Positions 7,933 to 17,509 of a stretch of 64,000 nucleotides of DNA are shown here, in pieces. The position numbers were made by a program, and so were the translations under genes. The stretch's first letter is position 1. Every line of letters begins with the position of its first letter. The notes beneath the pieces were generated by a model that saw only the letters and a list, made by a program, of their open reading frames with translations, ran no database searches and was not told where the DNA came from. Source of the DNA: Actinomycetota bacterium (GTDB lineage Bacteria; Actinomycetota; Actinomycetes; Actinomycetales; Microbacteriaceae); contig JBEGKW010000011.1 of assembly GCA_041183865.1 (NCBI GenBank), forward strand, positions 6,900 to 70,899, in the 5' to 3' direction.

Positions 7933-10583
7933 ATGTCGGTGTCCATTAACAACCAGGATGCATTTGCGGTCAACACCCCTGACCAAGACCCACAGGAAAC
8001 CAGCGAGTGGCTTGAGTCACTCGATGCGATCGCTCGCGTACACGGCCGAGGCCGCGCGCGCGAAATCATGCTGAACCTGTTGCGTCGCTCTCACGAACTT
8101 CAGTTGAACGTTCCGATGGTGCCGACCACCGACTACATCAACACCATCGCCCCTGAAAATGAGGCCGAGTTTCCTGGTGACGAAAAGATTGAACGCACCT
8201 ACCGCGCTTGGATGCGCTGGAACGCGGCGATGCTCGTACACCGAGCACAGCGTCCTGGCATCGGTGTCGGTGGTCACATTTCTACCTTCGCTTCGTCCGC
8301 TTCGCTCTACGAAGTAGGTTTCAACCACTTCTTCAAGGGTCAGAACCACCCTTCTGGTGGCGACCAGATCTTCATTCAGGGTCACGCCTCACCTGGTCCA
8401 TATGCCCGCGCCTTCCTCGAAGGTCGTCTATCAGAGCAGCAGCTCGACGGCTTCCGCCAGGAGAAGTCACACGCCGGCGGCGGACTATCTTCATACCCTC
8501 ACCCTCGTCTAATGCCTGATTTCTGGCAGTTCCCGACCGTTTCGATGGGTATCGGCCCAATCAACGCGATCTACCAGGCTCAGTTCAACCGCTACCTAGC
8601 TGGCCGCGGCTTCAAGGACACCGCGGAACAGCACGTCTGGGCTTACCTAGGCGATGGCGAGTTGGACGAAGTTGAATCACGTGGCGCGCTTCAGCTTGCT
8701 GCTAATGACAAGCTCGACAACCTAACTTTCGTTGTGAACTGCAACCTGCAGCGTCTTGACGGCCCAGTTCGCGGTAACGGCAAGATCATCCAGGAGCTCG
8801 AGAGCTTCTTCCGTGGAGCTGGCTGGAACGTAATCAAGGTCGTTTGGGGTCGCGAATGGGACACTCTGCTCAAGAACGACGTTGATGGCGCTCTTGTCGA
8901 GCTGATGAACAAGACTCCGGACGGCGACTACCAGACCTACAAGACCGAAGACGGCGCGTTTGTTCGCGAAAACTTCTTCGGCCGCGACCCACGCACCGCC
9001 AAGTTGGTTGAGCACCTAACCGATGAAGAGATTTGGGGCCTTAAGCGCGGTGGTCACGACTACAAGAAGGTCTACGCCGCCTACAAGGCTGCCATGGAGC
9101 ACAAGGGTCAGCCAACCGTCATCCTTGCCAAGACCATCAAGGGCTTCACCCTTGGTAAGTCATTCGAGGGTCGCAACGCTACCCACCAGATGAAGAAGAT
9201 GACCCTGGATAACCTAAAGGGCTTCCGCGATGAACTTCACATCCCAATCACGGATGCACAGCTTGAGGAGAACCCTTACCAGCCGCCTTACTTCCACCCA
9301 GGCCAGGATGCTCCTGAGATCCAGTACATGCACGAGCGTCGTCGCGAACTTGGCGGCTATCTTCCAGAGCGTCGCAGCAAGTACGTTGACTTCAAGCTTC
9401 CAGAAGAGACCACCTACAAGGTTGCCAAGGGCGGTTCAGGAACCCAAGAAGTTGCCACCACCATGGCCTTCGTTCGCCTTTTGAAGGACCTTCTAAAGTC
9501 TCCTGAGTTCGGTGACCGAATCGTGCCAATCATCCCTGATGAAGCTCGCACCTTCGGTATGGATGCGTTCTTCCCGACCGCAAAGATTTATAACCCGAAT
9601 GGTCAGCACTACATCTCGGTAGACCGCGAACTTCTTCTCAACTACAAGGAGAGCGTCTCGGGTCAGATTCTGCACACCGGAATCAACGAAGCTGGTTCGG
9701 TGGCTGGCTTTACCGCCGCGACTCGGTGTGGGCTGCAACCGACCAGTTGTCACGTGGATTCATGATCGGTGCAACCGCTGGTCGAACCACCCTCACCGGT
9801 GAAGGCCTACAGCACGCTGACGGTCACTCACCACTATTGGCTTCGACCAACACCGGCGTGATCTCATACGACCCAGCCTTCGGCTACGAAATCGGTCACA
9901 TCATCCGTGGCGGTATCGAGCGCATGTATGGCGGTCAGCACCAAGACCCGAACGTGATTTACTACATCACCGTTTACAACGAGCCTTACGTTCAGCCAGC
10001 TGAACCAGAGGATGTTGACGTCGATGGAATTCTTCGCGGTATTCACAAGGTAAGCACCAACCAGACCAGCGGCCGTAAGGCTCAGATCTTGGCATCTGGT
10101 GTCGCTGTCCCTTGGGCTTACGAAGCTCAGCAGTTGCTACAGAATGACTGGGGAGTTTCGGCCGACATTTGGTCAGTAACTTCATGGACCGAGCTACGCC
10201 GTGATGGTCTAGCCCGCGATGAGCGCCAGTTCCTTCACCCTAACGAGGATGTTGCTCCGGCATACATCACTCAGAAGCTACAGGGTTCCGAAGGGCCGGT
10301 TCTTGCGGTTAGCGACTACATGCACGCAGTGCAGGACCAGATTCGACCATGGGTTCCTGGCGATTTCGCCACCCTAGGTGCAGATGGCTTCGGTTTCTCT
10401 GACACTCGTGCAGCCGCCCGTCGCTTCTTCAAGATCGATGGCCCATCAATTGCTGTTCGAGTTCTCGAGCAACTCGTTGCCCGTGGCGAGATCGACCCAT
10501 CTGTTCCACAGATGGCAATTGACCGTTACAAGTTGCACGATGTGACCGCCGGAACCTCTGGAAACGCCGGTGGCGAAAGCTAA
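7933..10583 (+). pseudogene. aceE: Pyruvate dehydrogenase E1 (homodimeric type), split by a frameshifting internal deletion at about 9720 (real lesion or assembly gap)
   Basis: ORF 7933-9765 carries [13 protein letters not shown] and GINEAG; ORF 9726-10583 continues (DSV)WAATDQ...[19 protein letters not shown]; the conserved ...YSMFGFQRTG segment between them is absent; true start may be GTG 7939. Confidence 0.85.
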
Positions 10584-11742
10584 ACAGGCCACCCTCGATT
10601 GGCTTAAATCGATATCAGGAGAGCTAGCAACCACCACGCTTAATCGCTTGGATGACCTACTCCCCTGGTATCGAGACATGCCTGCTTCACGACGAGCCTC
10701 GGTTGGCTTGGTCGCGCAGGCGGGCATTTCGTCTTTCGTCGCCTGGTATCGTGACCCAAAATCGCAGCCTTGGGTTGCTGCCGACGTTTTCAGCGCCGCT
10801 CCTCGTGAGCTTCTCGGTTCGATTTCCCTCCAAGAGACACTTCAGCTCATCCGTGTTGTAGTACAGGTGGTCGAAGACCGAGTTGTCGAACATGATGAGA
10901 CACTTCGAGAGGCAGTGCTCCTATACTCGCGCGAGATCGCGTTTTCGGCCGCCGATGTGTATGCCAAAGCAGCCGAGGCACGAGGTCTCTGGGATGCCCG
11001 ACTAGAGGCACTCGTCGTGGATTCGATTCTCAGCGGTGAGAGTCAAGAAGAACTCGCCTCTAGAATCGCAGCACTCGGATGGCGTGCCCGCGGATCAGTA
11101 GCAGTCCTAGTAGGTAACACGGCCGAAGGTTTTGAAGTCGAAGCAATCCGTCGACTGGTTAGACGGCACGAGGCAGACATCCTCGTTGGAATTCACGGAA
11201 ACCGTTTAATTGCAGTATTGGGTCATGTCACTCCCCTGGCTGTGAACGGCTCAATCAATGGCTTCCAGTCACTAGCAGCCAAACTCGAGCCACTTTTTGG
11301 CGCCGGTGCACTCGTATTGGGGCCGGAGGTCACTGATATTTCAGAGGCGCATCGCTCTGCGAAGGCCGCACTTGCGGGGTTCGCCGTGGTTCGAGCATGG
11401 CCAAAGGCTCCGAGACCGATTGCCGCAGATGAGTTACTTGCCGAGCGCGCGCTAGCCGGCGACATGTTGGCGAAATCGACCCTGATTCAGCGCATATATC
11501 GTCCACTGGCAGAGCACTCGCCCGAACTGCTTGAAACCCTCGGCTCCTACTTAGAGACGGGACGTTCTCTCGAGTCAACGGCTCGCGACCTCTTTGTTCA
11601 TCCAAACACGGTGCGCTACCGCTTGAAACGAATCAGCGAAATTATCGGCTGGGATGCCACCGGCCCCCGCGAGGCGTTCATTCTTCAAGTCGCTATGGTT
11701 CTAGGCTCTATGAGTGAAACAGATTCAAGGAAGCGAAGGTAA
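10570..11742 (+). CDS. fasR: PucR/CdaR-family regulator of fatty acid synthesis (FasR-like)
   Basis: [29 protein letters not shown], and C-terminal [19 protein letters not shown]; located between aceE and fabD. Confidence 0.85.
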   Translation: MAKAKQATLDWLKSISGELATTTLNRLDDLLPWYRDMPASRRASVGLVAQAGISSFVAWYRDPKSQPWVAADVFSAAPRELLGSISLQETLQLIRVVVQVVEDRVVEHDETLREAVLLYSREIAFSAADVYAKAAEARGLWDARLEALVVDSILSGESQEELASRIAALGWRARGSVAVLVGNTAEGFEVEAIRRLVRRHEADILVGIHGNRLIAVLGHVTPLAVNGSINGFQSLAAKLEPLFGAGALVLGPEVTDISEAHRSAKAALAGFAVVRAWPKAPRPIAADELLAERALAGDMLAKSTLIQRIYRPLAEHSPELLETLGSYLETGRSLESTARDLFVHPNTVRYRLKRISEIIGWDATGPREAFILQVAMVLGSMSETDSRKRR

Positions 11743-11746
11743 CTAA

Positions 11747-12673
11747 GTGATTGTTGTTGTGTGCCCAGGACAAGGTGCTCAGACGCCGGGATTCCTGCTT
11801 CCATGGCTTGATGTACCAGCATTTAGAACCTCGATTGAATCAATGCAGGCTGCATCCGGAATTGATCTCATCGCTCATGGAACAGTCAGCGATGCAGATA
11901 CAATCCGTGACACCGCGGTTGCTCAGCCCCTAATTGTTTCTGCAGGTGTAGCAACACTAGCCGCACTCTTCGGCTTAGAAGGCCAGATCTCCAACAAGAT
12001 TGCTGGAGTTGCCGGGCACTCAGTTGGAGAAATCACAGCTGCTGTAGCTTCGGGTGTTTTTAGCGCTGAGCAAGCAATCAAGTTCGTGAAAGAGCGTGGC
12101 GACGCCATGGCTTTGGCAGCCGGCCTAGAACCAACCTCGATGGCAGCCGTACTCGGTGGAGACCAAACTGTTGTGGAGACAAGACTGGCAGAGTTGGGTC
12201 TCGAGCCAGCTAACTACAACGGAGGCGGTCAAATCGTTGCCGCTGGTTCAGCTTCAGCAATCGGCGAGCTGCAGGCCGAAGGTCCTGCTGGCGCGCGCGT
12301 CATTCCACTTCAGGTTGCCGGCGCCTTCCACACTCGTTACATGGCTCCTGCAGTCGAAACGTTAGCTACCTATGCTGCTGGTATGACAGTTGGCGACCCG
12401 GTATCAAAGCTGTGGACCAACGCCGGTGGCAAGTCAGTCACTTCGGGTCAAGAATTTGTTCAACTCATGGTCAACCAGGTCAAGAGCCCGGTTCGCTGGG
12501 ATTTGTGCATGCAGGCGATGGTAGAGGCCGGCGTAACAGCGCTGATCGAGGTTTCACCCGCTGGCACATTAACCGGTCTGGCCAAGCGTTCGATGCCGGG
12601 CATTGAGTCGGTAGCTATCAAGACCCCAGACAATCTCGATGCGGCTCTCGCACTTATCGAAAATCACGCATAG
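11747..12673 (+). CDS. fabD: Malonyl-CoA:ACP transacylase
   Basis: PGQGAQ, AQP, GHSVGE, AGAFHT and PVRW motifs. Confidence 0.95.
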   Translation: MIVVVCPGQGAQTPGFLLPWLDVPAFRTSIESMQAASGIDLIAHGTVSDADTIRDTAVAQPLIVSAGVATLAALFGLEGQISNKIAGVAGHSVGEITAAVASGVFSAEQAIKFVKERGDAMALAAGLEPTSMAAVLGGDQTVVETRLAELGLEPANYNGGGQIVAAGSASAIGELQAEGPAGARVIPLQVAGAFHTRYMAPAVETLATYAAGMTVGDPVSKLWTNAGGKSVTSGQEFVQLMVNQVKSPVRWDLCMQAMVEAGVTALIEVSPAGTLTGLAKRSMPGIESVAIKTPDNLDAALALIENHA

Positions 12674-12679
12674 GAAACC

Positions 12680-13684
12680 ATGACTCAGCCAGTTTTGAAG
12701 CAATACGCTCCTGTTCAGTTCTCGCGAATCTACGCTCTTGGAGCCGCTCGAGGCGACCTTACAGTAACCAACGATGACATCGCTGGCCCGATTGATTCGA
12801 GTGACGAGTGGATTCGTCAGCGCACCGGTATCGTGACTCGACGTCGCGCATCAGCCGAACGTAGCCTCATGGACATGGCGGTAGAGGCATCAACTGAGGC
12901 CATTAAGTCTGCTGGAATAGACCCGAGTGAAATCGGTGCGGTTCTGTTCAGCACAATCACTCACCCCCACCAGACTCCATCGGCAGCCGCGCTTCTTGCC
13001 GACAAGATTGGTGCTAACCCAGCCCCTGCCTTCGACATCTCAGCCGCTTGCGCCGGCTACTGCTATGGAATTGCGCAGGCGGACGCCTTGGTGCGCTCTG
13101 GTATGGCCAAGTATGTTCTCGTTGTCGGTGGTGAAAAGCTATCAGACTTCATTGACCCAACTGACCGCACCATCTCGTTCTTGCTCGGCGACGGTGCCGG
13201 TGCCGCGATTGTCGGGCCATCGGACACTCCAGGAATCAGCCCGACTGTTTGGGGCTCAGATGGTTCGCACTGGGACGCAGTTGGTATGACCGCATCTCTC
13301 TTGGAGCTTCGCGACGGCACCTCATCCTGGCCGACTCTACGCCAAGAGGGCCTAACCGTCTTCAAGTGGGCCGTTTGGGAGATGGTCAAGGTCGCCAAGC
13401 AGGCGCTTGAGACTGCCGGCGTCACCGCAGATGACCTCTCAGCGATCGTGACTCATCAGGCAAACATTCGAATCATCGATGAACTTGCCAAGCAGTTAGC
13501 TGTTCCAGAACACGTCGTGGTTGCTCGAGACATCATTGTCACCGGAAACACCTCAGCGGCTAGTGTTCCTCTAGCCATGCACCAATTGCTCAAGGACGGT
13601 GACGTTAGATCTGGCGGACTCGCCCTGCAAATTGGTTTCGGCGCGGGCCTCGCCTTCGGGGCTCAAGTAGTAGTCCTGCCCTAA
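12680..13684 (+). CDS. fabH: 3-oxoacyl-ACP synthase III
   Basis: WIRQRTGI, AACAG, HQAN, GNTSAAS and GFGAGL motifs. Confidence 0.96.
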   Translation: MTQPVLKQYAPVQFSRIYALGAARGDLTVTNDDIAGPIDSSDEWIRQRTGIVTRRRASAERSLMDMAVEASTEAIKSAGIDPSEIGAVLFSTITHPHQTPSAAALLADKIGANPAPAFDISAACAGYCYGIAQADALVRSGMAKYVLVVGGEKLSDFIDPTDRTISFLLGDGAGAAIVGPSDTPGISPTVWGSDGSHWDAVGMTASLLELRDGTSSWPTLRQEGLTVFKWAVWEMVKVAKQALETAGVTADDLSAIVTHQANIRIIDELAKQLAVPEHVVVARDIIVTGNTSAASVPLAMHQLLKDGDVRSGGLALQIGFGAGLAFGAQVVVLP

Positions 13685-13723
13685 ACTTATAAGCGGTCAA
13701 ATAACCAACTAAGGAGATAAAAC

Positions 13724-13972
13724 ATGGCACTTTCGCAGAGCGAAGTACTAGCAGGTCTTGCTGAGATCGTAAACGACGAGACTGGCATTGCAACCGAGGC
13801 TGTTCAGCTAGACAAGTCATTCACCGACGACCTTGACATCGACTCAATCTCAATGATGACCATCGTTGTAAACGCAGAAGACAAGTTCGGCGTAAAGATT
13901 CCGGATGAAGAAGTTAAGAACCTAATCACCGTTGGTGACGCAGTTAACTTCATCACCGCAGCTCAGGGTTAA
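13724..13972 (+). CDS. acpP: Acyl carrier protein
   Basis: DDLDIDSISM phosphopantetheine site; AAGGAG SD. Confidence 0.96.
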   Translation: MALSQSEVLAGLAEIVNDETGIATEAVQLDKSFTDDLDIDSISMMTIVVNAEDKFGVKIPDEEVKNLITVGDAVNFITAAQG

Positions 13973-13978
13973 TTCACC

Positions 13979-15217
13979 TTGTCACGCAAGATCGTTGTCA
14001 CCGGAGTTGGCGCTACCACGCCACTCGGTGGCGACGTGCAGTCAACCTGGCGCGCACTTCTAGCCGGCGAATCGGGCATCACCACGATTGACGCAGAGTG
14101 GGTCGCTCAGTACGAACTTCCGGTTACCTTCGCGGGTCAAGCGAAAGTTTCAGCTTCGGAGGTTTTGACACCTCAGGAAGCCAAGCGTCTCGACCCATCA
14201 AGCCAGTTTGCTCTCATCGCAGCTCGCGAAGCTTGGGCCGATGCTGGTAGCCCAGAGGTTACCCCAGAGCGACTAGCTGTTGAGTACGCAACCGGTATCG
14301 GTGGCGTCTGGACTCTGCTAGACGCATTTGAAACTTTGAAGGAACGTGGCCCTCGCCGCGTGCTTCCGATGACTATCCCAATGCTTATGCCAAACGGCCC
14401 AGCCGCAGCTATCGGCATGGACATCGCTGCTCGTGGCGGAGTTCGCACCGCCGTTTCGGCATGTGCATCAAGCACCGAAGCAATCGCAAATGCGATCACC
14501 CGACTACAGTCCGGAGAAATCGACGTCGTCGTTGCCGGTGGTTGTGAATCGGGCATTCACCCACTTCCGATCGCCGCCTTCGCTGCAATGCACGCACTGT
14601 CGCGCAACAACGAAAACCCTGCAGGAGCTTCAAGACCGTATGACCTTGCACGTGACGGCTTCGTCATGGGTGAAGGTGCTGGTGCGATGGTTCTCGAGAC
14701 TGAAGAACACGCATTGGCTCGCGGCGCAAAGATTTATGCGGAATTGGTAGGCGGCTCTGTAACCTCTGACGCGCATCACATCACTGCCCCAGACCCAGAA
14801 GGTACCGGTGCTGCGCGAGCCGTTCTCGCCGCGCTAAAGCAGGCCAACGCAAAGATCGAGGATGTTGTGCACATCAACGCGCACGCAACTTCGACACCTG
14901 TCGGCGACATCGCTGAGTACACGGCACTTCGTCGCGTCTTCGGTGACCACCTGGACAACATCGCGGTTTCTGCCACGAAGTCATCAACCGGTCACCTACT
15001 CGGTGGTGCAGGCGCAATCGAAGCGATCTTCACCGTTTTGGCACTGCACGAACGAACCGCTCCACCAACCATCAATCTCGAGAACCAGGATCCTGAAATC
15101 CCTCTTGATGTGGTTACCAGCCCTCGCAAGCTACCAGATGGTCCTATCCTGGCCATTAGCAACTCGTTTGGCTTCGGTGGACACAATGCCGTCGTAGCCT
15201 TCCGTAGTTACAACTAG
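13979..15217 (+). CDS. fabF: 3-oxoacyl-ACP synthase II
   Basis: ACASS, NAHATST, KSSTGHLLGGAG and SNSFGFGGHN motifs. Confidence 0.96.
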   Translation: MSRKIVVTGVGATTPLGGDVQSTWRALLAGESGITTIDAEWVAQYELPVTFAGQAKVSASEVLTPQEAKRLDPSSQFALIAAREAWADAGSPEVTPERLAVEYATGIGGVWTLLDAFETLKERGPRRVLPMTIPMLMPNGPAAAIGMDIAARGGVRTAVSACASSTEAIANAITRLQSGEIDVVVAGGCESGIHPLPIAAFAAMHALSRNNENPAGASRPYDLARDGFVMGEGAGAMVLETEEHALARGAKIYAELVGGSVTSDAHHITAPDPEGTGAARAVLAALKQANAKIEDVVHINAHATSTPVGDIAEYTALRRVFGDHLDNIAVSATKSSTGHLLGGAGAIEAIFTVLALHERTAPPTINLENQDPEIPLDVVTSPRKLPDGPILAISNSFGFGGHNAVVAFRSYN

Positions 15218-15221
15218 TCCG

Positions 15222-15821
15222 TTGAGCAAGCTGTACTTTCGCCATGGAGCGATGAACTCGGGCAAAAGTACAGCTTTGCTTCAGGCCGCTCATAACTACG
15301 AAGAGCGCGATCAACTAGTTCTACTAGCTAAGCCAGCCATTGATACCAAGGGTGCACGGGCGATAACTAGCCGACTCGGCGTCGATCGTGAAGTTGACTT
15401 CCTGATTACGCCCGAACTCAATCTCCGTAAGGAATTCGCTCGCCTCTGTGCTCAGAAGTCAGCTTCATCACATAAGCCGGTCGCCTGTCTACTCATTGAT
15501 GAAGCCCAATTTCTAACCCGAGAACAGGTCGACCAAGCTCTTCAAATCGCTGTTCTCGACGGCATCCCTGTGCTCGCATACGGAATACGCACCGACTTTC
15601 TAACCAATGGATTTCCAGGCAGTCTACGTTTGCTCGAAATTGCGCACTCCCTAGAAGAGCTCAAGACAATCTGCCGTTGCGGTCGCAAGGCCATGTTCAA
15701 TGCCCGCAAGATCAACGGAAAATTTGTCTTCGACGGCGAACAAGTTGCCATCGATGGCGAAGAAGTAACCTACGAATCGCTTTGCGCCAACTGCTACTTC
15801 GACGAAAAAGAAATCGATTAG
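15222..15821 (+). CDS. tdk: Thymidine kinase
   Basis: GAMNSGKST, IDEAQF, YGIRTDF and CRCGRK...YESLCANC motifs. Confidence 0.95.
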   Translation: MSKLYFRHGAMNSGKSTALLQAAHNYEERDQLVLLAKPAIDTKGARAITSRLGVDREVDFLITPELNLRKEFARLCAQKSASSHKPVACLLIDEAQFLTREQVDQALQIAVLDGIPVLAYGIRTDFLTNGFPGSLRLLEIAHSLEELKTICRCGRKAMFNARKINGKFVFDGEQVAIDGEEVTYESLCANCYFDEKEID

Positions 15822-15825
15822 CCAA

Positions 15826-17397
15826 ATGCGGGTTCGATACCTAAATGCCAATCTTTGGATTGGCGATGAATCGGAACCTGCTATCCGAACTTTCGATGTG
15901 ACCGATGGTGTTCTCTACCCCGTCGACAACAACCTCACGCCAGATCACACCCTAGATCTCGCAGGCGCGTTTGTGATGCCGGCCTTTCGTGACGGCCACT
16001 GCCACCCGCTATTTGCCGGGCGTGAACATGTCGGCCCGGATGTCACGGACGCACAGTCGGTCGCTCAAATCCAAGAAATTATCCTCGACTACGCGAAATC
16101 GAATCCCGAGGCCGCTTGGATTGATGGCGCTGCTTACGACCGCAGTATCCCAGCTAGGTTTCATCGATCTGAGCTTGATGAAGCCATTTCAGATTTGCCG
16201 GTGGTGCTACATGGAGCGGATCACCACACTCTTTGGGTCAACACGCGAGCTCTCGAGCTCTGTGGGCTTCTAGAGACGATTCCCAAACTATCAGTGGGCT
16301 CGGTTGATGTAGATGATGATGGCGTTCCTACGGGCATTCTGAGGGAATGGGAGGCTATGCAACTAGTGCTCAACAAAATTCCGCCCCTGAGCCTCGCAGC
16401 CGAACTGGATTGTCTTGATTGGGCGCAACGAAAACTGCTGGCAACCGGAGTGGTCGAGGTGCAAGAAGCCTGGATCGACCCTGGCATGACCGAGATTTAC
16501 TTGGAAGCCGCCCGACAGAACCGTCTTCGAGTTCGCACCAACCTAGCATTTAGGGCCGATCCAGCGACCTGGGAGACCGACCTCGAGTACTTTGGCCGCA
16601 TGCGCGATTCGGTAATCGAGCTCAACCACCCAAACCTAACTGCAAACGCAGTTAAGTTCTTCGTTGATGGGGTTTTAGGAAGCAGCACGGCAAGTCTGCT
16701 TGAACCTTATGTGAGCGGGCCAAGCATCCACCAACATGGTGAGCAAGTGTGGCCTCTAGCCGAACTACTTAAAGCGGCTGCGAGGGCAAATGAACTCGCT
16801 TACCAACTGCACCTGCACGCGATTGGCGACGCCGCGGTTAGGACGGCCTTGGATGTAATTGAACAAGTTCAACCGACACTTCAAGCCGTGATAGCGCATA
16901 CCGAGCTAGTTTCAGACGAGGACGTCTCTCGATTCAAAGCTTTGGACGTCACGGCCAACTTCGAACCGCTTTGGGCGCGCGAGGACGGCCAACTATTGAG
17001 TTGTGTCCCGCAGGTTGGGCGTTCGCGTATCGACACAATGTACCGGATGCGCGACCTCACCGATTCCGGGGCTCGAATTTCTTTCGGCAGCGACTGGCCA
17101 GTGTCTAGCCCAAACGCCCTTCAAGGGCTCGCTACGGCCGTTACGAGGTCATTACCAGGTCAGGCAGGATGGTCTTTGGATCAAGCTCTAGACACGCGCG
17201 AGGCGCTTCAGGCTTACACCCGAGGAGCTGCGGCGCAGATGTCGAACTCGGCGCGGGATGGCTTGCTGCGCGAAGGTGCGCCGGCGGAGTTCGTGGTGCT
17301 GAGCGAGAATCCATTCACGGTTTCGCGCGATGCGCTGCACAACCTCAAGGTCGTGGCGGTTAACCTTCCGGCCGAACCATTTGTTCATTTCGAGTAG
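15826..17397 (+). CDS. Amidohydrolase-3 (YtcJ-like) metal-dependent hydrolase
   Basis: PAFRDGHCHP, HTLWVNT, TGILRE, KFFVDG, HAIGD and FGSDWPV motifs. Confidence 0.88.
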   Translation: MRVRYLNANLWIGDESEPAIRTFDVTDGVLYPVDNNLTPDHTLDLAGAFVMPAFRDGHCHPLFAGREHVGPDVTDAQSVAQIQEIILDYAKSNPEAAWIDGAAYDRSIPARFHRSELDEAISDLPVVLHGADHHTLWVNTRALELCGLLETIPKLSVGSVDVDDDGVPTGILREWEAMQLVLNKIPPLSLAAELDCLDWAQRKLLATGVVEVQEAWIDPGMTEIYLEAARQNRLRVRTNLAFRADPATWETDLEYFGRMRDSVIELNHPNLTANAVKFFVDGVLGSSTASLLEPYVSGPSIHQHGEQVWPLAELLKAAARANELAYQLHLHAIGDAAVRTALDVIEQVQPTLQAVIAHTELVSDEDVSRFKALDVTANFEPLWAREDGQLLSCVPQVGRSRIDTMYRMRDLTDSGARISFGSDWPVSSPNALQGLATAVTRSLPGQAGWSLDQALDTREALQAYTRGAAAQMSNSARDGLLREGAPAEFVVLSENPFTVSRDALHNLKVVAVNLPAEPFVHFE

Positions 17398-17398
17398 C

Positions 17399-17475
17399 TG
17401 GTGGGGCGTGCGGGACTTGAACCCGCGACCGACGGATTATGAGTCCGCTGCTCTAACCGGCTGAGCTAACGCCCC
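17399..17475 (-). tRNA. tRNA with CAT anticodon, most likely tRNA-Ile2 (lysidine)
   Basis: GGGGCGTTAGCTCAGCCGGTTAGAGCAGCGGACTCATAATCCGTCGGTCGCGGGTTCAAGTCCCGCACGCCCCACCA; resembles ileX-type tRNAs; lacks initiator features. Confidence 0.9.
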
Positions 17476-17509
17476 CTGTGACCGAACGGTTACTTCGGTC
17501 GGGGTAAAT

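Noticed and set aside
7865-7940. Possible anti-SD pairing (CATCC/GGATG, TTTCGT/ACGAAA) in the aceE leader
   Set aside because: Stems are only 5-6 bp and cannot be distinguished from chance without covariation data
9720-9765. Programmed ribosomal frameshift in aceE
   Set aside because: No slippery sequence is present and conserved codons are physically missing, so recoding could not restore the protein
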